Below are positions 1 to 12,802 of a DNA stretch of 64,000 nucleotides, piece after piece. The translations under genes and the position numbers were made by a program. The notes below the pieces were generated by a model that worked only from the letters and a program-made list of their open reading frames with translations, ran no database searches and was not told where the DNA came from. The stretch lies in the sequence record PP400786; one strand, given 5' to 3'. The DNA is from Escherichia phage FL12. The number at the start of each line of letters is the position of its first letter. Position 1 is the stretch's first letter.

Positions 1-195
1 ATGTAGGTCTTTAGATGCTTTGCCCCACTTATTTTGATATTCATTTTTGAGATTAGCACGTGATTGAGCTAATAAAACATCATTAGTTGGAGGTAAAGAT
101 TCTAACCGCTGAATCTGGCGTCCATAAATCATTGCAGCCATCTCGGATTCATAAATCAATCCTTTGAGATGTTCAAATTGATGCCATGAAATCAT
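1..195 (-). CDS. hypothetical protein, 5' part only (continues past window start)
   Basis: ATG at 193-195 overlaps the stop of the upstream ORF (ATGA); open frame runs to position 1. Confidence 0.4.
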   Translation of the reverse strand, partial: MISWHQFEHLKGLIYESEMAAMIYGRQIQRLESLPPTNDVLLAQSRANLKNEYQNKWGKASKDLH

Positions 196-491
196 TTACA
201 TTTATCCTCTTTTAGCTCTTGACGATAATAACATATCATAGTTTTCTGGTCATGTACATATCGTTTTACATCATTAAGCCAAATACGAAATTCCTGGGAA
301 TCTTCAAATGGCATACCGACCCAAGCTTTACCATCGATAACTTTAACTTGCCAAGATAGTTTAGCTTCATCATATGACTTTATTTGCACAGGCCAATTAG
401 GATGAACTGTTTCTTTCTTTACTTCTAGAGGCTTTGTCGAACAACCAACTAGAAGACCAATAGATAATATTACTGCTGATAGTTTAATCAT
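192..491 (-). CDS. putative lipoprotein
   Basis: 99-aa ORF; N-terminal signal peptide ending in lipobox-like LLVGC. Confidence 0.5.
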   Translation of the reverse strand: MIKLSAVILSIGLLVGCSTKPLEVKKETVHPNWPVQIKSYDEAKLSWQVKVIDGKAWVGMPFEDSQEFRIWLNDVKRYVHDQKTMICYYRQELKEDKCK

Positions 492-841
492 TTAGAAAGG
501 TCCTGGATGTCTTCTGCGAACTTGTTGAAGGAGTTGTTGATTTGTTTTTCAACCAATCCTGGCTTATGAGCCACCACATCCGCCTTCTTTGCGTCTTTGC
601 GCAGTTTTTCATTTTCACGCTCAATAGCAGCAATTGCCTCACGATTTTTATTATTCATCGCATCAATATAATTATACTGAATTCGCAAATTATTTAATGC
701 TAAGGCGTTTTCATTGGCCGTTTTTGTAATTTCTACAACAGACGTTTCTAATCTTTCTACCTTATTTTTTAAAATAATAGATGTTCCGCCTAATGCTATT
801 ACAATTAATAGCAAACCTGCTGTCGTATTACTTAATTGCAT
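488..841 (-). CDS. hypothetical membrane-anchored protein
   Basis: 117-aa ORF; N-terminal hydrophobic helix then charged helical region; coupled to neighbours. Confidence 0.5.
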   Translation of the reverse strand: MQLSNTTAGLLLIVIALGGTSIILKNKVERLETSVVEITKTANENALALNNLRIQYNYIDAMNNKNREAIAAIERENEKLRKDAKKADVVAHKPGLVEKQINNSFNKFAEDIQDLSK

Positions 842-1338
842 AAAGTTTTAATAACCTCTACAATATCGTCTTGAGAAAGACCGTTAATTAAAATATGATG
901 TTCAGCCGGAGATTTAGAAATTTTAAAGCATGCCGCAACATCTTCTGCCATATCTGATGCACTACGATTTGGATTACTAATTCCAAGACGATGCTTTCCA
1001 GTCAAAGGATTAACGATGATATAGCATTTACAGCTATTGATATGAACATTAGGTTGAGTCTGATTAATGAATACTTCGCACTCATACTTAGCGAGTTGAT
1101 TTTCTAAAAAGACTTTCATCTCCTCAACCGCATCAGGAAGCATATCACGGGCTTGCTCAAGACGACGATTTCGATATTCTTTAATGGTCGTTTTCCGCTT
1201 GACTTGCTTAGCTAAATCTTTCTTAAGATCGGTGATATATCCAACTCGACGATTTCCTTTGAATACAGAAATCCCATCTGTAGTATCACCGTATGCTTCA
1301 ACGACCATTTCAGTAGTAATAAGCTGTAAATCCATCAT
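832..1338 (-). CDS. alc: Alc, inhibitor of host transcription on cytosine-containing DNA
   Basis: 168-aa ORF directly downstream of rnlA as in T4; size and sequence recalled as T4 Alc. Confidence 0.75.
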   Translation of the reverse strand: MMDLQLITTEMVVEAYGDTTDGISVFKGNRRVGYITDLKKDLAKQVKRKTTIKEYRNRRLEQARDMLPDAVEEMKVFLENQLAKYECEVFINQTQPNVHINSCKCYIIVNPLTGKHRLGISNPNRSASDMAEDVAACFKISKSPAEHHILINGLSQDDIVEVIKTLCN

Positions 1339-1399
1339 AAAGTCCTCATGTTATGTCAGTAAGACTACTATAACACAACATGAGGGACTTGTAAACAGC

Positions 1400-2987
<1,588 letters not shown>

Positions 2988-3014
2988 AATAAAATGGGCC
3001 TTGCGGCCCACTCC

Positions 3015-3516
3015 TTAAAAGTATTTTTTAAAACTCATCATAACTTTATCATCAACATCATTATCAATCTGTGCAACAAGGTAAGATGACAGTTCTACTT
3101 CTTGTGGCGCGGATTGAACATTATCAGAATTAAGATATTCACGAATCCAAGGATACGGATGTTTAACCGGAGCATCGGTAATTGGGCATGGAAGACCACA
3201 CTGTTTCATACGAGATACAGTTAAGTAATCAATAAAGCTCCACATGCTATTTGTATTTAATCCAGGAACATCACCATCTTTAAATAAATGAACTGCCCAA
3301 TCTTTTTCTTGGCGGTTAACTTCCATGAAAATATCAACTGCTTCTTGTTCACACTCTTGAGCAATTTTAACCCATTCATCACCATCAGTGCCGGATTGAA
3401 GTTGACGAATAATATATTGAGTGCCTTTAAGATGAAGCTGCTCATCACGAGCAATGAACTTCATAATCTTGGCATTACCTTCCATGATTTCCATGTTCTT
3501 ATGGAAGTTAAAGGTA
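3015..3516 (-). CDS. nrdB: ribonucleotide reductase beta subunit, exon 2
   Basis: ...TFNFHKNMEIMEGNAKIMKFIARDEQLHL... is the conserved R2 region that follows ...FYVSFAC; splice acceptor inferred. Confidence 0.7.
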
Positions 3517-4107
3517 CCGTTATGTTCGATTGAGCTCGCTAATTCTCAACCCGTTCTCTTATGAACTGCTACATATTACTATGCAGACCAGACTATATCA
3601 CAATCCCAGAGGGATTCTCCCCATTTCGAGTCGCTTGACCCTACGTCCGAAGACTAGTCGTTGAACCTTGCTTTGCAATTGTCGCCGTGCCATCGTTTAT
3701 ATGTTGATGGTGATAAATCTTTCTTATCACAATATGGACAATTCAATTGAATTCTATTTGGATTTAATTTACATCTGTCATTATGTTTTAGATAAAATCC
3801 AGGACCTTTACCAATGTGCCCGCAGAAATCACATGTGATTTCTTTTTGTGCAGGATGGGTCCCGTTCTTAACCATTTCTAATGTTTTTGCTGATGTTCTT
3901 TTCTTATGGTCCCATCAGAATCTTTAAGTAGGTCCGTCAGCATCTATCCAAATTTTTCTATAGTTCAATTGTGCATCCTCTTAAAAGTATAATCATATTA
4001 TACTAATTAAAGGTGCAAGCAAAACCTTGGCTGCTAGTTTTCCTATAAAGGACTTTCCAGCAATTAAAGGAGTTTTCGATAAACGTTACCGTTTAAAGGC
4101 GCATTTT
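3517..4107 (-). mobile_element. group I intron in nrdB (about 591 nt)
   Basis: Exon 1 frame stops right after ...FYVSFA; exon 2 resumes about 590 nt downstream; inferred junction GCGU|GUACC gives ...VSFACTFNF...; intron ends in G. Confidence 0.6.
3654..3875 (-). CDS. degenerate intron endonuclease ORF (I-TevIII-like, zinc finger)
   Basis: 73-aa ORF inside the intron with CDFCGH...CPYCDKK zinc-finger motifs; too short for a full HNH enzyme. Confidence 0.5.
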   Translation of the reverse strand: MVKNGTHPAQKEITCDFCGHIGKGPGFYLKHNDRCKLNPNRIQLNCPYCDKKDLSPSTYKRWHGDNCKARFND

Positions 4108-4783
4108 ACGCAAAAGATACATAAAAACGAATAGCTTCTAAGGCATTAATAACGTGCAAACAGAGGTAAAGAGATTTCATTAAAGCACGTTTAGCTTCGG
4201 CTTCTTGTTTAATAGCTCGGTTTAAACGAAAGTCGGCATCAGGAGATTCTTTAGCTAGTTCTACAAATTCTTTAGCATTTTCCCATTCACGGGTTTTAAC
4301 CAAGACATCATCATAATAACGTCCAATGGATTCAGCTCGTTTCATAATAGCTTCATCTAATACAATCTCATCAAATACCTTTGACGGATCAGTATAAAGA
4401 TTTCGCATGATATGAGTATATGAACGACTGTGAATAGTTTCACTAAAAGTCCATGTAGCAACCCATGTATCTAATGAAGGATCTGAAAGCAATGGCATAA
4501 GTACCGCAGATGGTGCACGACCTTGAATGCTATCAAGTAACGATTGATATTTAAGATTATTAGTAAAAATATTTTGTTGATACTGAGGAAGTTTATTAAA
4601 TTGAGTAGCATCCATCATCAAGTTAACTTCTTCAGGACGCCAGAAAAACGAGAGCTGACGTTCAATAAGTTCTTCAAATACCCTATGTCGTTGAATATCA
4701 TAACGTGCAATTCCAAGACCAGACCCAAAAAACATGGGTTCTGTTAAAACATCGACCTGTTTAGTATTAAAAACTGTACTCAT
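4108..4783 (-). CDS. nrdB: ribonucleotide reductase beta subunit, exon 1
   Basis: MSTVFNTKQVDVL... ending ...ALEAIRFYVSFA, the conserved R2 radical-site region. Confidence 0.8.
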
Positions 4784-6375
4784 TATTTTGTCCTGTAAAC
4801 TAAATTTCCACAGTCCCAGATTCTTCTAAGACCATTTGCATAACAATTTTCTACTTCAGTTATTGTATCATCATAATTTTTAAGCTTGTTTTTAAGCTTA
4901 TGTTTCATATAGCTTGAGCGGTGAAATACCTCTCCTTTATCGACGTACCAATAACACGGCTCAGAGATATGACTAAATTCCATGACAGAGTCATAAACAT
5001 TTGATAATGTACTGCACCATCTTCGATTGCCATAAGATAGACAATTAATTCCTTTTAATAATTTTGAGACTCCTCCTACAACACAAACCCCCAATTTTGA
5101 ACACATCCTTAAAAGTTCATCACCTGAGCTATATCTAGATTTACCGATAGAAATAATTTGAACTAACTCATTATTGTAATAAAGTCCTTTATACGTATGA
5201 GCTCCCGAGCAAAATCCTTGAAGATGATTCTTATTAATAAATTCTTTTGCCTCATCCTTATTAACAAAACGCGCTTTGCATTTTCGGGCTGGTATTCTTT
5301 CTGATAATCCTAATTTATGCTTTATAATGGATTTCCAGATCTCTCTTTTTGTATCATCAATCCATTCATTTTCGAAGATGTGAAGTAATTGAATTCCTTG
5401 TGCTTCACACATCTCTGTCTTCATCAAATGATAAGTTTCTTTAATTTTATCTGTTTCCTTTGACCCGCTAGAATGCCAATAAATTCCATCGTATTCTATA
5501 GCCAATTTTTTCTCAGGAATGTAAATATCTAATTCATACGGAGGAATAATTTTTCTAGTTTCTACGCAATCAAATCCTAGATCTAAAATGAATTGCTCTA
5601 TAGAACTTTGAGTATAATGAACGTCAATTAGTCCTTTGGATGAAAGAGCTCTATAAGCCGTCATCCGAGAACAATTTGCTAATTGTTGTAGTTCTTCTAT
5701 AGAAATTTTGTAATTGATTTTATCTAGTATATCATGATTAATATGACCGTTATTTTTAATAGATTTTCCTATAGATGAATATAACGATGCCTTATATTCT
5801 TCAGTCCAATTTAATTTGGTCTTCTTAGATTTTTCGCGAGATTTTTTAGAATGCAGAATATCAACTGATTTACCGTTTTCTATAACTTTTCTCGCTTCTT
5901 TCACACTTTCTAATTGTGAATTATGCGTTACCCCATATCGTTCAATTAAAGTTTTTCTATTTTTATTTCTTGAAATTTTTTGATGAGTTGTTCCATATTT
6001 TTCTAAAGAATTTTTGTGTTGAAGTTCAGACAAATATTTTTTATATTTTTCTTTTCCACCAAAATTTGTATCACGGCTTTGAGTTCTCTTATCCGCGAAA
6101 AATATCCCTGCGCAGGATTTACTACATGTTGCTGGAAATACACGTTTCTTTGCTGTTTTCAGAGAAATGAAATTTCCACAAACTGCACATTTTAGATCGT
6201 TAATGTCAATGCCTTCCATAATTTGGAACACATTGAGCTTAAAATCTATTCCATCAGTTAGAAGAGCTTTATCTTCTTCTGTTAGTCTAGATTTAAGTTT
6301 TTCTTCTCCAAATGGAAGAAACTTTCCGTTTTTGTATATATTATCAAACATAGCGTTATTCTTAGTTAACCACAT
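4783..6375 (-). CDS. large nuclease-like protein of unknown type (zinc ribbon, basic repeats, Vsr/DUF559-like motif)
   Basis: 530-aa ORF between nrdA and nrdB; CAVCGNF...CSKSCAG; repeated KYGTTHQ / RYGVTHNSQ; ...LAIEYDGIYWHS...GIQLLHIFENEW. Confidence 0.55.
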   Translation of the reverse strand: MWLTKNNAMFDNIYKNGKFLPFGEEKLKSRLTEEDKALLTDGIDFKLNVFQIMEGIDINDLKCAVCGNFISLKTAKKRVFPATCSKSCAGIFFADKRTQSRDTNFGGKEKYKKYLSELQHKNSLEKYGTTHQKISRNKNRKTLIERYGVTHNSQLESVKEARKVIENGKSVDILHSKKSREKSKKTKLNWTEEYKASLYSSIGKSIKNNGHINHDILDKINYKISIEELQQLANCSRMTAYRALSSKGLIDVHYTQSSIEQFILDLGFDCVETRKIIPPYELDIYIPEKKLAIEYDGIYWHSSGSKETDKIKETYHLMKTEMCEAQGIQLLHIFENEWIDDTKREIWKSIIKHKLGLSERIPARKCKARFVNKDEAKEFINKNHLQGFCSGAHTYKGLYYNNELVQIISIGKSRYSSGDELLRMCSKLGVCVVGGVSKLLKGINCLSYGNRRWCSTLSNVYDSVMEFSHISEPCYWYVDKGEVFHRSSYMKHKLKNKLKNYDDTITEVENCYANGLRRIWDCGNLVYRTK

Positions 6376-6391
6376 CCTTGTGGTAATTATA

Positions 6392-7381
6392 TCATAATTT
6401 ACAGGATGAACAATCTTCAGCTTTTGGAGTTTCTATTTCATAATCATCAGTACCAGAACCATCACGGGTATTATGATAATAGAAATTTTTAATGCCATAA
6501 TACCATCCGTATAGCATGTCATCAATCATTATTGACATTGGAACCTTTCCTTTTGGAAAAATCTGCGGGTCATAATATGTATTCGCTGAAGCTGATTGAC
6601 ATACCCATTTCAGCATAATAGCTACCTGCGTAAGATAAGGTTTATTACCTTTCTTAGCTAATTTCCATGTATAGTCGTAAAGGTCTATGTTATGCTCAAT
6701 ATTGGGCACGACTTGATTAAAGGAGCCCTCTTTTGATTCTTTAACAGAGACTGGTCCACGTGGAGGCTCGATACCGTTTGTACTGTTAGAAACTTGGGAA
6801 GATGACTCACATGGCATAAGTGCTGATAATGTGCTATTACGGATGCCAAAGAGCTTAAGGTCTTCCCGCAGCGCCGACCAATCACAAACGTATTTTGGAG
6901 CTGCGATTTGGTCAATCTTTTTATTGTACCAGTCGATAGGTAATTCGCCTCGAGACCAACGAGTGTCTGAATAATATTCGCAAGGTCCTTTTTCTTTGGC
7001 GAGCTTAATGGATGCTTTAATGAGTCCATACTGTAATCTCTCAAATAGTTCATGTGTTAAATCGTTAGCATCTTCATAAGAAGCAAAGTTACTTGCCAGC
7101 CAAGCTGCATAGTTGGTAACACCTACACCAAGATTTCGACGCTTTTTAGCTTTTTCTGCTTCAGGAACTGGATATCCTTGGTAATCCAAAAGATTATCAA
7201 GAGCACGAACTTGAACTTCTGCCAATTCATTAATTTTATCTTGGTCTTGCCAGTCAAAATTATCCAGTACGAATGCGCTAAGGGTACAAAGCCCCACTTC
7301 TCCCTTGTTTTCAATAACTTCTATTGTAGTATACTCATCATCTTCGTAAAATTCATCTACAAATTCATAATCAATATTCAT
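6392..7381 (-). CDS. nrdA: ribonucleotide reductase alpha subunit, C-terminal fragment
   Basis: ...GLCTLSAF...LSALMPCESSSQ...NTRDGSG...CSSCKL, matching the C-terminal third of class Ia R1. Confidence 0.85.
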   Translation of the reverse strand: MNIDYEFVDEFYEDDEYTTIEVIENKGEVGLCTLSAFVLDNFDWQDQDKINELAEVQVRALDNLLDYQGYPVPEAEKAKKRRNLGVGVTNYAAWLASNFASYEDANDLTHELFERLQYGLIKASIKLAKEKGPCEYYSDTRWSRGELPIDWYNKKIDQIAAPKYVCDWSALREDLKLFGIRNSTLSALMPCESSSQVSNSTNGIEPPRGPVSVKESKEGSFNQVVPNIEHNIDLYDYTWKLAKKGNKPYLTQVAIMLKWVCQSASANTYYDPQIFPKGKVPMSIMIDDMLYGWYYGIKNFYYHNTRDGSGTDDYEIETPKAEDCSSCKL

Positions 7382-8081
7382 TTAATTCTTTTACCTTTTT
7401 TCTAGTAATTCCTAAAGCTTTAGATGCTCGATGTATTGATTGATATTCTATACCGTTTATTTTTACAGCAATTAAGTTATGGGGTTTTAATCCCTTTGGA
7501 TGAGGTTTACTGACGAAAACTAAATTATCAAGCTCTGAAATCTTATCCAATTTCTTACACTTAAATCCTTTGTGATGCGACCGTTTACCTTTACAAACGG
7601 CTGACATTGCAGATGGATTTAAATTATGCTCTTTACAAAATTCGTTAAGACCTCGATGAATTTCCTCATGACCATCAGGAAATGTAAACACCCAAGATGT
7701 TTGAAGTCGAGATTTAACTTCTGGAGACATAGGAATACCTTTGTTCCAAGCTGGTTTGCCTTTATTATTTTCAGATACAGAAATAGCCAATTTTCTTCTA
7801 AGCCACCCATGGCGTTTATTGGTGTTCTTTCGTTCAATATTATCTTTAGAATAAACACACATCATATTAGCGGCAAATATCAATTTATGATTATTTGGAT
7901 ATATCTTTACTAATAATTGATGAGCTATGTAATGCTCTTCTGGCGTCAAATCTACCAGGTTTTCCTTTGTATCAGAACCACCAATACACAGAGGTATAAT
8001 ATGGTGTGATTCGGTATAGCAATCTAATTTTCTATTCTTAGCTTTAGAAATAAGGTTATTGTAAATTTTAAAATAATCCAT
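7371..8081 (-). CDS. HNH homing endonuclease inserted within nrdA
   Basis: 236-aa ORF with ESHHIIPLCIGGSDTKENLVDLTPEEHYIAH motif; stop overlaps the start region of the downstream nrdA fragment. Confidence 0.8.
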   Translation of the reverse strand: MDYFKIYNNLISKAKNRKLDCYTESHHIIPLCIGGSDTKENLVDLTPEEHYIAHQLLVKIYPNNHKLIFAANMMCVYSKDNIERKNTNKRHGWLRRKLAISVSENNKGKPAWNKGIPMSPEVKSRLQTSWVFTFPDGHEEIHRGLNEFCKEHNLNPSAMSAVCKGKRSHHKGFKCKKLDKISELDNLVFVSKPHPKGLKPHNLIAVKINGIEYQSIHRASKALGITRKKVKELNEY

Positions 8082-8126
8082 AACTTTTCCTCTTGTTATG
8101 GATTATTTATTAACGGTCTGTGTACT

Positions 8127-9560
8127 TTATTTGCTTTGAATTATACCGTCAGGATTAGCTTCATAAAACTTAGCTACATCCGACTTCTTAATTTTGATTA
8201 AACGGGTTTGTTGGCTATTCACATCATTTGTTGGAATAGCAATTTCACAACACAAGTTACTCTGACGAATAGGCGCCTTTTCGCGAATAAACGGAGTGTA
8301 GTTATTCGTATTATCAATGAACTGTACATAAATCCTTGCTGTTCCTGAACGTTCAGTCATGAGCAATTCAAATAGTTCACGGGCTTTAATACGCTTTTTA
8401 CGAATATTAGGGTCTTTTTCTGCTGCTTCGTATAATTCACGGAAACGGTCTTGGTCTTTAAAATAAGAATAATAAAGCTCGCCACCCATTTCATGTGGAC
8501 TGAACAAAGTAATGTAATCGTTCTTTCCAAAACGTTCCATCATCAAATCATTCAGCTGAACACCATAATCCATATGACGAATGCGGTTTTCTTCTACGCC
8601 TTTGTTATTTTTCAAAACGAGAAGATTTTCAACTTCCAAATGCCAAATAGGATAATAAGCAGTAGCAGCGCCGCCACGAATTCCACCCTGTGAACATGAT
8701 TTAACTGCAGTCTGAAAATGTTTCCAAAAAGGAATAACACCAGTATGGCGTACTTCACCCATGCCAATCTTAGAACCTTCGGCACGAATCATACCAACGT
8801 TAATACCAATTCCAGCGCGTTTAGAGATATATTCAACAATTGAAGCGGAAGCCTTATTGATAGACTTCAATGAATCTCCTGCCTCAATAACAACACATGA
8901 ACTAAACTGTCGAGTAGGAGTACGACAACCAGCCATAATAGGAGTTGGCAGTGAAATTTGTCGGGTTGATACTGCTTCATAAAAACGAATAACGTGTTTT
9001 AGTCTATCAACAGGTTCATCTTGATGCAGTGCCATTCCAATAGTCATAAATGCAAACTGTGGAGTTTCATAAATTTGACCAGTGGTTTTATCTTTAACTA
9101 GATATTTTTCTTTTAATTGCATCGCCCCGGAATAAGTAAATTCCATATCCCGCTCATGCTTAATTTTTGATTCTAAAAATGTAATTTCTTCTGCTGAATA
9201 TTTTGACAATAATTCAGGGTCGTATTTACCTTCATTTACACAGTAAGAAATATGGTCAATAAATGAACGTGGTTCATACTGCCCATAAACATGCTTACGA
9301 AGAGCGAACATTAGACAACGTGCAGCTACATATTGATAATCAGGCTCTTCAACCGAAATAGAATTCGCAGCGGCCTTAATGACAATAGTCTGAATATCAT
9401 CAGTTGTCATTCCATCACGGAGATAAGATTTAATATTTTCATATAATTCATAAGGATCTACTGATGTTCCTTCAGCTGCCCAAGATAAAACTTTAATAAT
9501 TTTTTGTGGGTCAAAGCTCTGAGAAACACCACTACTTTTGATAACATTAATTAATTGCAT
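8127..9560 (-). CDS. nrdA: ribonucleotide reductase alpha subunit, N-terminal fragment
   Basis: ATP-cone N-terminus; ...MAGCRTPTRQFSSCVVIE... and ...SNLCCEIAIPTNDVN then 26 non-conserved residues and stop. Confidence 0.85.
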   Translation of the reverse strand: MQLINVIKSSGVSQSFDPQKIIKVLSWAAEGTSVDPYELYENIKSYLRDGMTTDDIQTIVIKAAANSISVEEPDYQYVAARCLMFALRKHVYGQYEPRSFIDHISYCVNEGKYDPELLSKYSAEEITFLESKIKHERDMEFTYSGAMQLKEKYLVKDKTTGQIYETPQFAFMTIGMALHQDEPVDRLKHVIRFYEAVSTRQISLPTPIMAGCRTPTRQFSSCVVIEAGDSLKSINKASASIVEYISKRAGIGINVGMIRAEGSKIGMGEVRHTGVIPFWKHFQTAVKSCSQGGIRGGAATAYYPIWHLEVENLLVLKNNKGVEENRIRHMDYGVQLNDLMMERFGKNDYITLFSPHEMGGELYYSYFKDQDRFRELYEAAEKDPNIRKKRIKARELFELLMTERSGTARIYVQFIDNTNNYTPFIREKAPIRQSNLCCEIAIPTNDVNSQQTRLIKIKKSDVAKFYEANPDGIIQSK

Positions 9561-9877
9561 AAGTCCTCAACTTGAAAATCGTCTTTAAACAATCGGTTAA
9601 CTATATGAGCTATTATATCACCATGACACGGCTTTGGTTTACATGTGCATCCTAGCCTCATTCCACGTAAAGGCTCTAAATGTGCTTTAGTTATTTCTCC
9701 GGATTTAATTCGACGTATAAAATCTTTTTTGAATAATTCAATGGCAGCCTCCCGGCTGCCAGCATCTTTACCGACGTAATTTCCCCAAAATGTACCACGG
9801 TGAATATTAACATCAAAGTCGGATTTATATTTATTCACTACCCGACATAGACGGCCCACGCTGGAATAATTCGTCAT
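9551..9877 (-). CDS. hypothetical Cys/His-motif protein
   Basis: 108-aa ORF with [15 protein letters not shown]; stop overlaps nrdA start. Confidence 0.5.
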   Translation of the reverse strand: MTNYSSVGRLCRVVNKYKSDFDVNIHRGTFWGNYVGKDAGSREAAIELFKKDFIRRIKSGEITKAHLEPLRGMRLGCTCKPKPCHGDIIAHIVNRLFKDDFQVEDLCN

Positions 9878-10106
9878 ATTGTTTTTCCGTTAAAACAGTA
9901 ATATCGTAGTAACAGTCAGAAGAAGTTTTAACTGTGGAAATTTTATTATCAAAATACTCACGAGTCATTTTATGAGTATAGTATTTTTTACCATAAATGG
10001 TAATAGGCTGTTCTGGTCCTGGAACTTCTAACTCGCTTGGGTTAGGAAGTGTAAAAAGAACTACGCCAGAAGTATCTTTAAATCGTAAAATCATATATCC
10101 TCGCAA
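9831..10106 (-). CDS. hypothetical protein
   Basis: 91-aa ORF between td and nrdA; start may be an internal Met. Confidence 0.4.
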   Translation of the reverse strand: MRGYMILRFKDTSGVVLFTLPNPSELEVPGPEQPITIYGKKYYTHKMTREYFDNKISTVKTSSDCYYDITVLTEKQYDELFQRGPSMSGSE

Positions 10107-10114
10107 TAATAAAA

Positions 10115-11798
<1,684 letters not shown>

Positions 11799-11808
11799 AT
11801 TATTTTCC

Positions 11809-12051
11809 TCAAACAGACTTTTTCACAATTTTCCAATCAGCTTTAAACTGTTCAACGTCAGAATGGTAAATCCAGAATCCTGCGCTTTCTCCATCCTCAT
11901 AAAGAGGGCATCCATCACATTCATCTTCCCATCCCATATCACGCAAAAGACGTTCAGTTTTTTCAACAAGTTCAGAATCTTTACCGATGATATTAAAATA
12001 CCATTTACCCCTAACTTCTGAATCTTTAATGCTCTGACGTTGTAATCTCAT
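11809..12051 (-). CDS. hypothetical protein
   Basis: Track ORF 11809..12087; shortened to an internal Met because an early promoter overlaps the 5' extension. Confidence 0.4.
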   Translation of the reverse strand: MRLQRQSIKDSEVRGKWYFNIIGKDSELVEKTERLLRDMGWEDECDGCPLYEDGESAGFWIYHSDVEQFKADWKIVKKSV

Positions 12052-12076
12052 TTTTATTCTCCTTAGTTGATAGGGT

Positions 12077-12107
12077 AATAGTATCACACTACTACCCTAC
12101 TGTAAAC
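12077..12107 (-). promoter_or_regulatory. early sigma70-type promoter
   Basis: Minus strand reads GTTTACA, 16-nt spacer, TACTATT; plus-strand tgtaaac at 12101-12107. Confidence 0.45.
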
Positions 12108-12487
12108 TACTTTTTGAAAGTTTTTCGTAAAAGTTCAATGATTTCATCTACATTGTTTTCATCTACAATGCAGTGAATTTTTGTTACGCCAGAAACTGTG
12201 TCTTCGGTTTCATCTTCTTCAGAAGTCGGTTCTTTATACTCACGAAAACAATGAAATTCGTCTTCGCAAATTTCTAAAAGTCTATCTTTGAGATAAAAAT
12301 GCTTTCCATTTGCGCATTCAATGTGTTTTACTGCTTTGTATCCATTGGCGACGGAAACTTCTTTAACTTCAAACCATCCGCCATTATCTCGAATAGCTTT
12401 AACTATTGATGAATTAGAACGTGGACTATAATTAATAAATGTATCAATAAGTCTTGGAACAAGTTCATACTTTCTACCGGTATACAT
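12107..12487 (-). CDS. hypothetical protein
   Basis: 126-aa ORF. Confidence 0.5.
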   Translation of the reverse strand: MYTGRKYELVPRLIDTFINYSPRSNSSIVKAIRDNGGWFEVKEVSVANGYKAVKHIECANGKHFYLKDRLLEICEDEFHCFREYKEPTSEEDETEDTVSGVTKIHCIVDENNVDEIIELLRKTFKK

Positions 12488-12531
12488 TGCGTTTTCCTCA
12501 TTTTAATAGGGGCTTGATAGCCCCTTGATAA

Positions 12532-12783
12532 TTACTGCTCAATAAATCCAGTGTAAAATTCTACATCTTCAGCATCCATACCGTCACAATATTCATTAAC
12601 CATAAATTGTTTAAGACGATTTAAAGGACCTTCAATAACAACTGAAACATTGCAGTTAGGATCATTTAGTGCGCTTGTAATACGGAGTTCAGGATAACGA
12701 TTACGAATAATTTCTTCAATATATTCAAAATCAACAACATCAATATCAATTTTAGCCATGTTATTTTCCTCTTTAATCATCAT
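12532..12783 (-). CDS. hypothetical protein
   Basis: 83-aa acidic ORF just downstream of an early promoter. Confidence 0.5.
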   Translation of the reverse strand: MMIKEENNMAKIDIDVVDFEYIEEIIRNRYPELRITSALNDPNCNVSVVIEGPLNRLKQFMVNEYCDGMDAEDVEFYTGFIEQ

Positions 12784-12802
12784 CAGCAGTATTGCCGATA
12801 GT

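Noticed and set aside
3257-3533. Two small ORFs (3257..3454 minus, 3288..3533 plus) overlapping nrdB exon 2
   Set aside because: They lie within or antisense to the conserved NrdB coding sequence; their existence is explained by the real exon.
6392-9560. Intein interrupting nrdA
   Set aside because: The two NrdA fragments and the HNH ORF are in separate frames with stop codons between them, so this is not an in-frame intein.
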